DNA of 64,000 bases from Neovahlkampfia damariscottae (Eukaryota), in NCBI GenBank assembly GCA_016618085.1, contig JABLTG010000035.1, forward strand, positions 62,001 through 126,000. Direction: 5' to 3'. Positions within the stretch are counted from its first letter, which is position 1; every line of letters starts with the position of its first letter. The notes under the pieces were generated by a model that did no database searches, was not told the origin of the DNA, and saw nothing but the letters and a program-made list of their open reading frames with translations. Below are positions 50,196 to 62,528 of the stretch, one piece after another. The position numbers and the translations under genes are program-made.

Positions 50196-50671
50196 TTATT
50201 TCCCTTTTCTTCTTTTGAAATTAAATATTGTCAAATCAACACCCATATCTTTTAATTTATTTAAATGATCAATTTCTAATTGTAAATTATCAAATTTATC
50301 TTTTAATTTTAATTTCAATTGATCAGTTTCAATCCAAATATCTCTTTCTTTAATAAATTGGATTCTTTTTTGTTCATTTTCAAATGATGATTGAGTCAAT
50401 TTTTCTTGTTGGTTTTTTTTTCTTTTTCTGATTCATCTCTTTCAATTAAACTTCTTTTAATTGTTTTTTCTAATTTAAAATCACTTAAATTTTGAATTTC
50501 TTCTTCAGTTTCACGATCCAAAATTAATTTTGTTCTCATTTCAATGGCAGGTTCTTGCATTTTTTGAATTTTATCATTTGTTTTCCAAGTTGTCAAAACT
50601 ATTTTTTTGACAAAATAACCAATTTTTTGTGCTCTTTGATTTGTTTGTGGATAATTTTCAACATCATTCAA
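50196..50671 (-). pseudogene. truncated, frameshifted fragment resembling the C-terminal part of an SPFH/band-7 (or vault-shoulder-like) protein
   Basis: YPQTNQRAQKIGYFVKKIV...AIEMRTKLILDRETEE and LNKLKDMGVDLT lie in two frames joined near a homopolymer run; no upstream exons apparent. Confidence 0.4.
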
Positions 50672-50883
50672 AGCGGAAGTTGCAAATATAGACCAATCAT
50701 AATAAACCTTTACCTTCTAAGTAAGAGTGAGTACGAATACCCCATATTCTCTTTCTCTTTCAGTTCATTTCAAATGACCAACTTCTCTCAAAGAAAATTC
50801 AACCAATAAACAATGTTTGTTGGATTAGAAGGAATTTTGAACCTGTTTTGAATCAGTAGGTGAAAACTCCCAAGTTTGAAATT

Positions 50884-50962
50884 GTAACCAATCATTTTGG
50901 AGAAATTTAACAGAAGGACATTCTATGATTGGTTGATGACATCTATAAAAAGAGACCAATCG
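50884..50962 (+). promoter_or_regulatory. CCAAT cluster plus TATA-like box upstream of the P450
   Basis: ccaatc near 50888, gattgg near 50927, tataaaa at 50944, ccaatc near 50956; ATG at 50995. Confidence 0.45.
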
Positions 50963-50994
50963 GATAAACAGTTGAACTCAAGAATTACAAGAAT

Positions 50995-52380
50995 ATGAGC
51001 ACAATAACAGCTGCACTAATTTTCGTTTTAACTATTTTGTTGCTTTGCACACTTACTCTTTACTATTACAATGGATTTTCAACTGCAAAAGGTGAACCAA
51101 CGCTCCTCAGAGGTACTATTCCAGTTTTTGGAGTCATGTTTGAACTTGAAAGAAAAGGACTATACCAATTTGTTCTTGACAATGTAAAAAAATATGGCAG
51201 TATCTTCACAGTATTTCTCTTGGGTAAAAGAATTCATGTCATTTCAGACTACAATGCATGCATACTCACAAATTCAAAGAAAACCTAAACTTTTTTCATT
51301 TCTTCCAAGGAGTCGAATTTGCATCAATTTTAAAGCATTCAGATGATTTTGAAAATGAAGGAGTTCGTAGTGAAGTCATTGATCCTGTAAAGAAATTTCT
51401 AATGGGAGATGGATTGGAAGTTTTAACCAAAGAATATGGAAGACGCGTTGTTGAAAAATTCAAGGAAGAATTCAAAAAAGGAAGTGCAGATGGAAAATCA
51501 ATGGATGTTGATTTATTAGCATTCACAAGAAAAGAATTGTATTATTCAAGCGGAAAATCATTATTGGGAAGAAAATTTGATGTTGATGCAACACAAGAAG
51601 ATTTTTTTTGCTTTTGATGACAATTCGAAAATTTTTATTTTAGGAATCCAGAAATCTTCACCAAAAGTATTTTCGAAGCAAGAGAAAGAGTATTGGAAAA
51701 ACTGGGACAATGCGATTTGAAAAATGAAGCATGTGGGTATGTAAAAAGTGGAATTCAAAATAAATCAGAAGAGAAAGCTGCAAACAATGGTTTTGGAATC
51801 TTAGGGTTTCACAAACAAATTCAATTAATGGTGGATTTTGGACATTTTACAACATTTTGAAGAATGATGAATTAAAAAAACAAATTACTGCTGAAATTTC
51901 AGAACAATTTTCAGTTGAAGAATATGAAAAATCTATTGATTCAATGAAATATTTACATGGTGCCTATCTCGAAACAATGAGATTTCATAATTTAGGCGTA
52001 TCTATGAGAGAAGCATTGGAAGATACAAAAGTTGAAGTTGGCACAAAATCATTCAACATTAGAAAGGAGATAGAATCTATATGCTCCCAGTTGCCTACAA
52101 AGATCCAGAAGTTTTTCCAAATCCTGAGAAATTTGATGCAACTAGATACATTGGAAAACAATCAGAAAAGATGATCAAACCAACCATTCCATTTGGAGGT
52201 GGTGTCCATATGTGCCCAGGAAGATTTTTTGCGATTAATGAAATCAAATTGTTTTCAATTTTAATGTTAAAACATTTTGATTGTGAATTAATTGAATATA
52301 AGACCTTGAAAAATAATTATGCAAGTCTTGCTTATTTACCACCTGTTGGTGATATTAAAATGAGAATTACAAGAAAATAA
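50995..52380 (+). pseudogene. cytochrome P450 (CYP7/8/39-like) with about 5 frameshifts
   Basis: TM anchor, ETMR, PEKFDATR, PFGGGVHMCPGRFFA; I-helix LWVSQTNS appears only after correcting a 1-nt deletion. Confidence 0.82.
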
Positions 52381-52386
52381 AAATGT

Positions 52387-55300
52387 TTAAAAATAATATT
52401 TAATATCGTATTCATTTCTTTTAGTTGAATAATCTAATTTCATTTTGATTGTAGGATTATTTGAAATTTTTGTTAAATTTCTGACAATTTTTGAACGAAA
52501 TTTATTTTTTGATTTTTTGTTTAACATTGAATTGTCATCATAATATTCTTCATTCACGTTGGTTGATATGTCCCCAAAAATTAAATCAAGAAATTCAATT
52601 TTTTTTTCATCAGAAAGAATATGAGAAATGAAGCATCTAAATTTGACAAGTTTAATATTTTCTTCAGTTTGAATATTTAAATCTGTTGGATTCACTTGAT
52701 TATCAATTGATTTTGCAGATAAATAAAAATCATCTAATTAATGTTTGTTAATACTAGAATTGAATTATTACTGTCTCTAGTGACATCACGAATATAGTCC
52801 CATGCTTTTCTTGGATTTATCAAACCAAAATTAAATATCCATTCAATTATTGGAAGTAATTTCTTTCTATAAAGATCACCTACTTTTCCTTGACTTGTTT
52901 CAACTTCAAAATCTGTGTTTTGATCATTTTCTTCTAATTTATCTGTATAATAGTCCAACTGAATTTAAAAATTAAAAATCAATTTAAAATACCATTTCAT
53001 CATAGACATCACGAAGTTCTTCATTAATTTCATCTTCACTCATTTTTGAAATGTCCAAAGCTTTCATTTTTTTATCAAAGAAACTTATTGTTGGAAGCAT
53101 TGAAGATTTTTCAATATCTTTATCAGATTTCAAATGTTCATCATTTTCTTCTTCTTCTTCTTCATCATCTATTGGATCATCAGGTACTAAATTAGCATTA
53201 CTTGAATTCATCCATGTATCAACAGTCTTATTTACTTTGAATTTATATAATAGTTTTCTTAAATCATGACCAATTTGAGAAATTGCAGAATGATAAATGA
53301 TTAATTCTTCAGAAGCATCTTTTAACCAATCAATATCATCATATTCAATATCTAAAAATTCTTTTGGAATATCATCAAGTCTTTTTACAGATTCTTCAAT
53401 TTTTAAATTCAATTTTTCTATATGATCTTTTGTACCAATATCACCAGTTTCTGAAAATGAATTTAATGATTTTTCCATATCAATTGAAGTGACTAATTTT
53501 GAAATTAAAAGTAAATGATGATAATTTCCATTTAAAATTTCAGAATTTTCTTGATTTTCAATTGATTCAACCCATAATTTTAAAAGTAAATATGCAGTTG
53601 ATTTAAAATATTTGTATTTTTGTGCTTGAGCTAATAAATTTTTTCTTTGTACTTGAAGTCCTGAAATATAAGTTGAATTTAACTCTTGAGATGTAGTTAA
53701 TTCTTCACATTGATTTTCTAATAATGATAACATTTTACTTTTTAATTGAAGTTCTTCATCAATTTCACTACATATTTTTTGAGCTCTAACTCTAATATGA
53801 AATAAAGGTGGAAAATCTGATGTTAAATTTATAATTGACAATAATTCTTTTTTATTTCTTTCTCTCATTGATTTACTAATATCTTCTCTATATTTTAATT
53901 GTTCTTTTAATTTAGTTTTATATTTCTTTGCATCATCATAAACAAAATTCATACTTTTTTGAATATATTCATCTGATGATTTTGTTGAACCACATTCTAA
54001 TAAAATAGAATCAATTAAATTCATATCTTCTTGATTATATGCAATTCTAATTTGTTTTTGTAAATAAACTCTAAATTCATTAGTTTCTGTATGTGATCGA
54101 TTTGTAACTTCTTCTCTTCCTAAAACTCTTAAAATTTGAATTTCATAATTATATTTTTTAACAGTTGTCTTTAATCTCATATATAATCCATCTTCATCTT
54201 TTTCTTTTTGTATTTTTATTTTTACTTTACTATATCTATCAGAATCAGTTTGATCAGGATACAAAATAAAAGGTGGAAATGTTGTTGAACTAACACAACT
54301 TTCAATTGAATGTGTTGTTGTATTTTCAATATCTAATTGTGCCTTCCAAGGATGTCTATCATCAAAAAATAATTTTTTAATTTTAACATAAAATACACCA
54401 GGTCCCAACTAAAAATTGTTAAATTATCAATTGTTTTTTTACATCACTCATTAAATGTGAAATTTTGATTTCTTCATCTGCATTCCATAATGAAATCCAT
54501 TGTGAAAATGCTACTTCATGTGTTTGTTTAATATTAATTTGAATTCTTTGTTCATTTTCTTTTTCTTTTTTAACATCTAATGTTTGTCCAAATAAAAGTA
54601 ATTCTTGTGTCATATCAACTGCAATTTTTACACTAATCTTTAATAAAAATAATGTTTCAATTGATCTTCCAATAGCTTCAATAAATTTTACATCAGGTTC
54701 AAATGTTTCTTCTATTTTAAAAAAAAAAATCAAAGAAAGAAAATATCAAACCTAATTTTGAAGTAGTTTCCCAAATTGGTGTTTCACGATTATGTTCTTC
54801 AAATATTTGATAAGTTATATCAATTTCACCTTTTTTTTTTTCACGAAATAATTGTACAAGATGTCCCCCTGCTTTAACCCAAAAATAAAATTCAAGACCT
54901 TCAGAATATAAACATCCTTCACTTGTATGCTCTTCTTCTAAAATATTCATTTCACTTAAATTTTTATCTTGTATTGTTTCAAATGTCTCTAAACGATACT
55001 CTTTAATTCTTAAGAATTTATCATTTGAATTTAATGAATCAAAATCTTCACCTAATTCTTGTGGACCCAAAGGAATATCTAAAAATGATGAAAATCCATC
55101 TGAAGGTGCATTAAAATTTCCTCCTGATTTTATATGTGATTCTAACATACTTAAACCAGATTGTGGTAATTTTGAATTTGAAATTGAAAATGAAGCTGTT
55201 TCATCATATCCACGTGGTGTTTTAGGTAAATTTTTTGTTGCTCTTGGTGAAAAAAGATTTTTAAGTGAAAAACGTGGACTAATAGGTGATGGTTGATGTT

Positions 55301-55691
55301 TGTTAAATCTTGGTGAAACTTCAGGTGATTTAATAACGTTCTTTTTTGGACTGAATATTGAAAAACGAGGTGATTTTGTGTTCCCAATTATTTCTGGTGT
55401 TTCTTCTTTTTTTGCTCCAAAGAGAGAAAACCTTCTTGATTTTTTTTCTTTTTTTTCTAGATTTATTTTTGGAATTGACATATCTTCTCTTTTTGAGTTT
55501 ATTGGACTTAAGTTTGGATTGGAAAAGTCTGGTATGGATTCAGTCCTTGTTTGATCAATTAAACTATAACTCTTTGGTTTTGTTTTTGGTGAAAAAGCGC
55601 TTAACTTTGGTGAATCAATTTCATCATAATTTTCAACTTCATCCTCCTCTTCTTTTGTATCTGGTAAGAATTGTAACTTCGGACTGGTCAT
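52387..55691 (-). CDS. large hypothetical protein with SP-rich N-terminus, multi-exon
   Basis: Five ORF segments joined by small introns; repeated SPR/SPK/FS motifs; two CCAAT motifs just upstream of ATG 55691. Confidence 0.7.
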
Positions 55692-55771
55692 AAAGACGTT
55701 GAAAAAGTTATTGGTTTTTGATTGGCTAAAATCATCTCCAAACAAAGTAGTTAAAATGATCCAAAAATTTA

Positions 55772-57552
55772 TTAGTATCCACCTTGATCTTTGAATAATT
55801 CATCAATCTTTTGATTATTTGGATTTACTTTTCCAACAATTTCAGGATTAGCTTCAATAAGTCTATCCCAAATGATATCAGTCATGTACATTTGTCCTAA
55901 TTGTGAAGGATGGAAACCATCAAAAGGTTCAATTAAATCTATTAGATATGTTAATAATCAAATTAATAAAAACCTTTAAAATCCACTCCTTTCGATTTTG
56001 CCATGTCAAGCATGTCTTTAATTGGGAAAGGTTGATAATACATTTTGAAATTTTCATAAGTTTTTTCTTTCATAATCTAAAGAAATTGTGAATGATCATT
56101 AACTTACTCTTGCATATTGTGCATTTAATTCTTCAGCTCTTCTTGATCCATGATTTCTCCATGTTTCATTTGTATTTAACCATAACCAACATGGATTGGA
56201 TTCCATGCAACTTAAATAATCATAAACATTTGCATATGTCGGTCCTAATGGGTGTGTTTCATTGTGTAATCCATTATATAAGATTCTACCATCAACTAGA
56301 CCAATAAAAATGACAAAGGAACCTAAAATGATTAATTAAGATTCTTTTACCTTTTGGAAGTCTTTGTTCAAATGTTTCAAGAGCTTTGAGTACATTTTGA
56401 TAAAAAACTTGTGGATCCGTTCCACGTCCAGTTGATCTTGGTGTACAAATATCATTTCCAACTGGAGCATAAAAAACAATAGCAGGATGATCATTTTGTT
56501 TGTTTCTGTGCATCGTTTTTGCAATTTTGGATCCCATAGCACCACTTCTTGCCCCATTGACACAAATATTTTGATAATCTCTATGATTACATCTATTTCT
56601 TTCTTTAAGTCTCATGTAAATTGATTTAACACGGCCTGGATTATCACCTGTATCATCTTGTTTGTAACCTGTTGCCCAAGACATATGTGGAAAATCTAAT
56701 TCTCTTTCAATCAATCCATAAAGATTTTTGAATGTATTTGAAGTCCAAGATGTTGCATTTGCATAATTTTCAGGAATTCTGAAGATGTTTAGATATATAA
56801 TTTGAATCATACCTGAAATGTGCCCCCGCACTGTCACCTACAATGATTACACCTCTTTGATCTGAACCTTCACATAATTCTTTTTTTCTTGGCACTCCTT
56901 GTTCATTCTTTCCATGAATTCCATTACAATTGTAGTCAATATCTTGATTTTCAAAACCTAATTTTCTTCCTGGATAAATGTTGCTATTTCTGTCGTTACA
57001 ATCTTTTCCTCTCCAAGCTGTACCTCTTAAACCATATGAAGTGGCAAATAAATCTCTATCAGTATCTGAAAATGGAATATGATTTTCAAATACTTTAATT
57101 AAGCCTTCAAGCCCAAGGAATTTGAGTACTTTTCTCCACCAAGCTTCTAATTGTGGTCCAAGTTTTTGTAATAAAACACTATTGACTTCTGGTAAAGACT
57201 CTTGTTCATATCGTTTTGAAGGAGTGAACATATTACATTTTTTACTTTTGCAGATTGAAATTACTCTACAGACATTATCAGGACTAGCACCACGTTCAAA
57301 TTCACGAATAATTACACCAGCAAAAACGGCCATGAATAATTTACAAGGAACTTTAAATTGGTCTGGTAAATATGAACAAACTTTGTCAACCGCTCTTCTC
57401 ACATTACCTTCTTTTTTTGCAATATCTTGAACTATTTTCATACCAATAGTACAAGCAATACATCCTGCACCACCAGTTTTTTCTTTAGGTTGAGCTACAA
57501 CATATGTAGTAAATAACAAAACCAGTAAACAAACAACAGTTTTTTTCAACAT
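55772..57552 (-). CDS. AOAH: acyloxyacyl hydrolase (saposin B + SGNH lipase)
   Basis: Signal peptide, saposin Cys pattern, WRGKDCND, DYNCNGI.G, VGDSAGAHF, RNRCNHRDYQNICVNGARS, DGFHPSQ. Confidence 0.93.
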
Positions 57553-57625
57553 TTTGGAGTTCTAAAAACGTTGATTGGTTTATTTTTGAACTGACTGACG
57601 CATCAAAATAAAATTTTTATTCAAA

Positions 57626-59494
57626 TCAAATCGGTTCTGTATTAATATTCAACCAACTCAATGTTTTTTCATCATCATTTAATGAATCTTTGAGTTTATT
57701 ATAACAAAATTCATTGTAATTATTTACCCATTCAATTTCTTTCTTTGTCAATAAGGTGGAATCAATCAATTTTGTCTAATTTTTTTTTTGAATTATTTTA
57801 TGAACTTACTTGTATTGGAACACAGGTAATATGTTCAAATTCAAAAAATTTAGTATCAGACTTATATTTAGTTTCAGATTCTTTGACAATCATAATGTTC
57901 TCAATTCTAATACCAAATTTACCAGATTCATAATAACCAGGTTCTTTAATATAAAATTTTTTCCAAAAATCTTACCGTTTGTAACAACCATATTTTTTTC
58001 AAATTTTACTTTTGAACTATCTCTACTTCCAATACCTGAAATGAGAATTAAAATTTTTTAGAATCAAAAATACCATGTGGTCCTTCATGAACATTTAAAA
58101 AATGACCAACTCCATGACCAACTCCATGTTTAAAATCTTGTCCATTTTTCCATAAATGCATTCTTGCAACTAAATCCAATCTATTTCCCGTTGTTCCATG
58201 AGGGAATATTAAACTGTCTAATTCAATATGACCTTTTAACACATTTGTAAAGCATTCTTTTTCATAATCTGTTGGTTCTCCAAAATGAACAGTTCTAGTT
58301 GTATCAGTTGTACCATCAAGATATTGTGCTCCTGAATCAAGAAGAAATATTTCTTTATCATTAATTTTAGCACATTTTTCTTTTTCAGGTGAATAATGAA
58401 TGATAGCTCCATTTGATCCCATTCCACTAATTGTTGAAAATGATAAAGAAACATAATCTTTTTGTTGACTTCTCAAAAATTCTAAATGATCAGCAACTGA
58501 AACCTCTGTTAAATTTTCATTTCCATTTTTTAATTCTTCTTCCAACCAACAAAAGAATTTAACAAGTGCAACGCCATCTCTTACTTGACAATCTCTCATT
58601 CCTTGAAGTTCTATTTCATTTTTAATCCCTTTTGAAATTGCTATTGGTGATTTTTCTTCATGAGGATTCTTAATTGATTTGTATAATGAAATACTAGATG
58701 AATTGATATCAATCCAAACCTTTTCTTCAATTTTATTCAAAAAATTCAATATTTCATTGTAAGGTTTTAGTTCAAATCCATCTAAATCCATTTTTATTTT
58801 TTTATCCGAAAATAAAAATATTTTGTCTTGTGAAATGATCAAGTAACTTAAAAATACCGGATTATAGCTAATATCACTTCCTCTTAAGTTCAAAACCCAT
58901 GCTACTTCATCCAATGCACTTAAGAGAATATAACTTGTTGAATTTTCTTTCATTTTTTGACGAATATCTTCAATCTTGTTTTTTGATTCAACACCTGAAT
59001 ATTTAACATCTAAGTGGAAAACAAGATTTTCTGGGAAAGAAGGTTGACTTTCCCAAATTTGATCAACTAAATTTTCTGGAACAATTTCAATTTTTGATTC
59101 TTTAGATAAATTTTTGTAACTTTCAACTGAGAATAAAAGACCATCAATTCCAATTGTTTTTTCTTTCAAATTATTTTTCAAATAAGTTTTTAAATCAACA
59201 TCTATTCCTTGTTTCATTAATTTCCACTCCTTATCAAGTTCATTTTCTGCTTGCAAAAAATATCTTCCATCTGTCCATAAAAGGGCTTCATCTTTTGTTA
59301 TCAAAGCAGTACCTGCTGATCCACTGAAATTTGAAACAAATTCTCTTCTTTGATCTCTTTTGGTTACATACTCACTCTATTTTGTTTAATTTTTTTTGTT
59401 TTCACTTTACTTGATGAGCGTCTTCACTTGGAACAATGTAACCATCAATTTTAAATTTTGTAAACAATTCTCTGAGTTTTGTTAACTTTGACAT
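57626..59494 (-). CDS. Xaa-Pro aminopeptidase P (M24B), multi-exon
   Basis: PSEDAHQ|SEY, FSGSAGTAL, WTDGRYFLQA, DSGAQYLDGTTDTTRT, HGVGHFLNVHEGP. Confidence 0.95.
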
Positions 59495-59547
59495 TGACCC
59501 AAAAAACCCTTTTGACCAATTAAAAATTATTTTCAAAATTAAATCAT

Positions 59548-60523
59548 TTATTGACTTTTATTTTGTGCATCTTTTTCTCTTTGAATTTTTTTCAAAATAG
59601 CTTTACGTGTTCTAGCCATTTGTCCAAAAACATAGTTTTGTCTTAATCTTTCAGGTATTAAAAACATAATATTTTGAACAAGTGAATGTGTCCAAACTGG
59701 TGAATGTTCTAAAGGTAATAAACCATTTCCAATTGAATTTACAACTTTTTTTGCAAATTGTCTTGCGCTTGGAATGAACATTGATGTTTTTTTAAATCCA
59801 GTCATGTTTGATTGAACGTACATTGGTAATAATGACATAACTTCAATTCCTTGTTTTTGATATTCACTTTTGAGTGAAATTGAGAAAGCATTATTGAATG
59901 ATTTTGTTGCTGAATAAACAGATAAGAAAGGAGTTGGGTGTTGTGCTGTATATGAACTTAAATTTATGACCACACCTTTTTTTCTTGAAACCATACCAGG
60001 AAGAATTGTTCTTGTAACATTTAATGTTGAGTTAATATTGACATTAACCAAAGATTCACATTCTTCTTCTGTGATATCCAAGAAGAGTTCAGGAACTGCA
60101 GTATTAATACCTACGTTATTTACTAAAACTGTAATATCAAGTCCTTCAGTTTGTTTTTTAAAGTCTGAATAGTCTTCTTGTGTGACAGTTGAAAAATCAA
60201 TAGCAATACATTTTGTTGCAATTTTGTGATCTTTTTCCAAGTCCATAGCTAATCTATCAAGTTTATTTTTTGATCTTGAAACTAATACAATGTTAAGTCC
60301 TTTGCTAGCAAGTTCTTCAGCCATTCCTTCACCAATACCAGCAGTTGCTCCTGTGACAACTGTGAAAGTATTAATTATTTCTTTTTATTTTACCAGCCCA
60401 TGAACCAGCAAGTTTTTTAATTTTTGATGATGTATAAAAAAATTGATTATAGAACCAAATTGAAAGTTGAACAAACCAGTAAACTAAAACGAAACTACCG
60501 ACATAAACAACAAAAGACGCCAT
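59548..60523 (-). CDS. very-long-chain 3-oxoacyl-CoA reductase (KAR/HSD17B12-like SDR)
   Basis: WA|VVTGATAGIGEG, LVNNVG, YSATK; N-terminal TM. Confidence 0.9.
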
Positions 60524-60615
60524 AACGGAAATCGAACAACAAAAAATAAATGATTGGATGGGAGAATAAATAACCAATTAGAGTAGTCAAAAATTTCCTT
60601 CCAACTACAAAGTTC

Positions 60616-61608
60616 ATGGATAAAATTGAAATACCAGATTTTGAAGACGAAGAACAAGAAAAAAATGAAAACTCTGTACAGGAATCTGTAAAATATTTTC
60701 AATCTGTAAAAAAGATTGTTGAAGAAAAAAATAAAATGAAATCAAAGCCTTTGATTCCAGTTGGAGTAATAAAACCGAAAGTACCTTTCAAAAAACCTTT
60801 ACAATCCACAAATATCCGTAAAAATGAACCTATTTCAGCATACCCAACTGATAAAAATACAATTTTTGTGAGTAGCAGACAAGTAATTCAATTATCATGA
60901 ATATTAAAATTAGGCAAAAAATCCAATGATAAAATATATAAAAAATGTAAAATTATCTTACAAAGAAGATATGATTCCTGATTTTATTTGTGCTAGAAGT
61001 TGTTGCATTTTATTTATTAGTTTAAAATATCATTCATTACACACTGATTATTTAAGAGAAAGGATAAAAAGTTTAGGAAGTTTATTTTCATTAAGAGTTA
61101 TTTTATGTAAAGTTGATTGTAGTGATTATGAAACTTCTTTACAAAGTTTAAACGAATTAACATTTTTGGGTGATTGTACATTAGTTTTAAGTTGGAGTGA
61201 CCAAGAAGCAGCTAAATATGTTGAGTTATATAAAATTTATGAAAATAAATCAGCGACTTTAATACAAACGAAAATTGAAAATGAATACATTCCAAGGGTA
61301 ATTTTGATCAATTTTTTTGATTTTTTAATTTAGTTACAAGATACTTTAACAGCTATTAGATCAGTAAATAAAACAGACTCAATCACCCTCGCAACAAATT
61401 TTGGAGTAATTCCTCATTCTTTTTTTTAACTTTTTCTGAAAAGTCTTTGAAATCTATAATGTCAGCATCTGTAGAAGAATTATCCATTTGTCCTGGTATT
61501 GGTGACAAAAAGGTGAAGAGATTACATGACGCTTTTAATGCAAGTTTTAAAAAAGAAAAAAAAAATTCGTCCAACAAAACGATAAAAGATTTTATTACAA
61601 AAAAATAA
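60616..61608 (+). CDS. ERCC1: DNA excision repair protein ERCC1, multi-exon
   Basis: VSSRQ|AKNP, FISLKYHSLHTDY, LSWSDQEAAKYVE, SVNKTD, ICPGIGDKKVKRL. Confidence 0.93.
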
Positions 61609-61631
61609 AATGACACAAATATTTCATTATT

Positions 61632-62147
61632 TTAATCATTCTTTTTGATTCCAATGATATCTTCTGATTTAATTTCTGTTACATCACCAACTTTTTTTAC
61701 AGTTTGACCTTTTGCAGCCAATAGTTCTTCAATATTTTTTCCTGATTGAAACCAGTTCAAATTATCAGCAATTAAATGTAAATTTTTACATGATGGACAT
61801 TGTATTAGAACAACACCATTTTCATATGAATCTTTTGAAAACTGTTTGTAACTTCTTGTCTCACAAACTTTGCAAGTTGAAATGATTGCCATCATCGGTT
61901 CTGTACTTGTTTCATCTTTTGAAATACCAACACCAATCTTTCCTTCTCTATCAGATGGAACACCAATATCATGATGAATTGGTGCTTCATGATCTTTAAT
62001 ATCTTCTTCTGGTGTTAGATCAACTTTTTGGAATCTCTTGATGTTCTTGAAATAAAATCTCTTTGTTATTTGATTTGAAAAACTGTTTAAAAAACTTTTC
62101 TTCTTTTCAAACTTCAATACTTTCAAACAATTCCGGAACAATTTCAT
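61632..62147 (-). CDS. DNLZ: mitochondrial DNL zinc-finger chaperone Zim17/Tim15/Hep1
   Basis: TCKVC...[26 protein letters not shown]; basic presequence. Confidence 0.92.
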   Translation of the reverse strand: MKLFRNCLKVLKFEKKKSFLNSFSNQITKRFYFKNIKRFQKVDLTPEEDIKDHEAPIHHDIGVPSDREGKIGVGISKDETSTEPMMAIISTCKVCETRSYKQFSKDSYENGVVLIQCPSCKNLHLIADNLNWFQSGKNIEELLAAKGQTVKKVGDVTEIKSEDIIGIKKND

Positions 62148-62167
62148 TGGTGAATTATTCGGAGAAA

Positions 62168-62515
62168 ATGAACAAGAAATCAATACATAGTGAAGGTATC
62201 ATTTTGGAATAATTTATAAACTGATAATAGTTGGTGTATTTATACAATGGTAAATTAAAAATAAAAATAATTTCCAAGTGACCAAGCAATGAAACAATAC
62301 ATATTATTTGTAAATTCACAACTAAAAAAAGATGCAGGAAAAGGTATTACAATTATCCCTTCTTTTTCATATTTTTAGAATTTATTATACAAGATTTAGA
62401 TGAGACCCATCTTTTTATAAACAAAGAATACGAAATGTACGTACAAGAAAAAATACAAGAATTACAAGATAAAACAGCATATGCTAACAATGACAAAAAA
62501 GATAAAAAAGAATGA
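62168..62515 (+). CDS. TFB5: TFIIH subunit TFB5/GTF2H5, 4 small exons, absent from the ORF track
   Basis: Splicing gives [25 protein letters not shown]...[13 protein letters not shown]. Confidence 0.9.
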
Positions 62516-62528
62516 AAACCTTTTTTAT

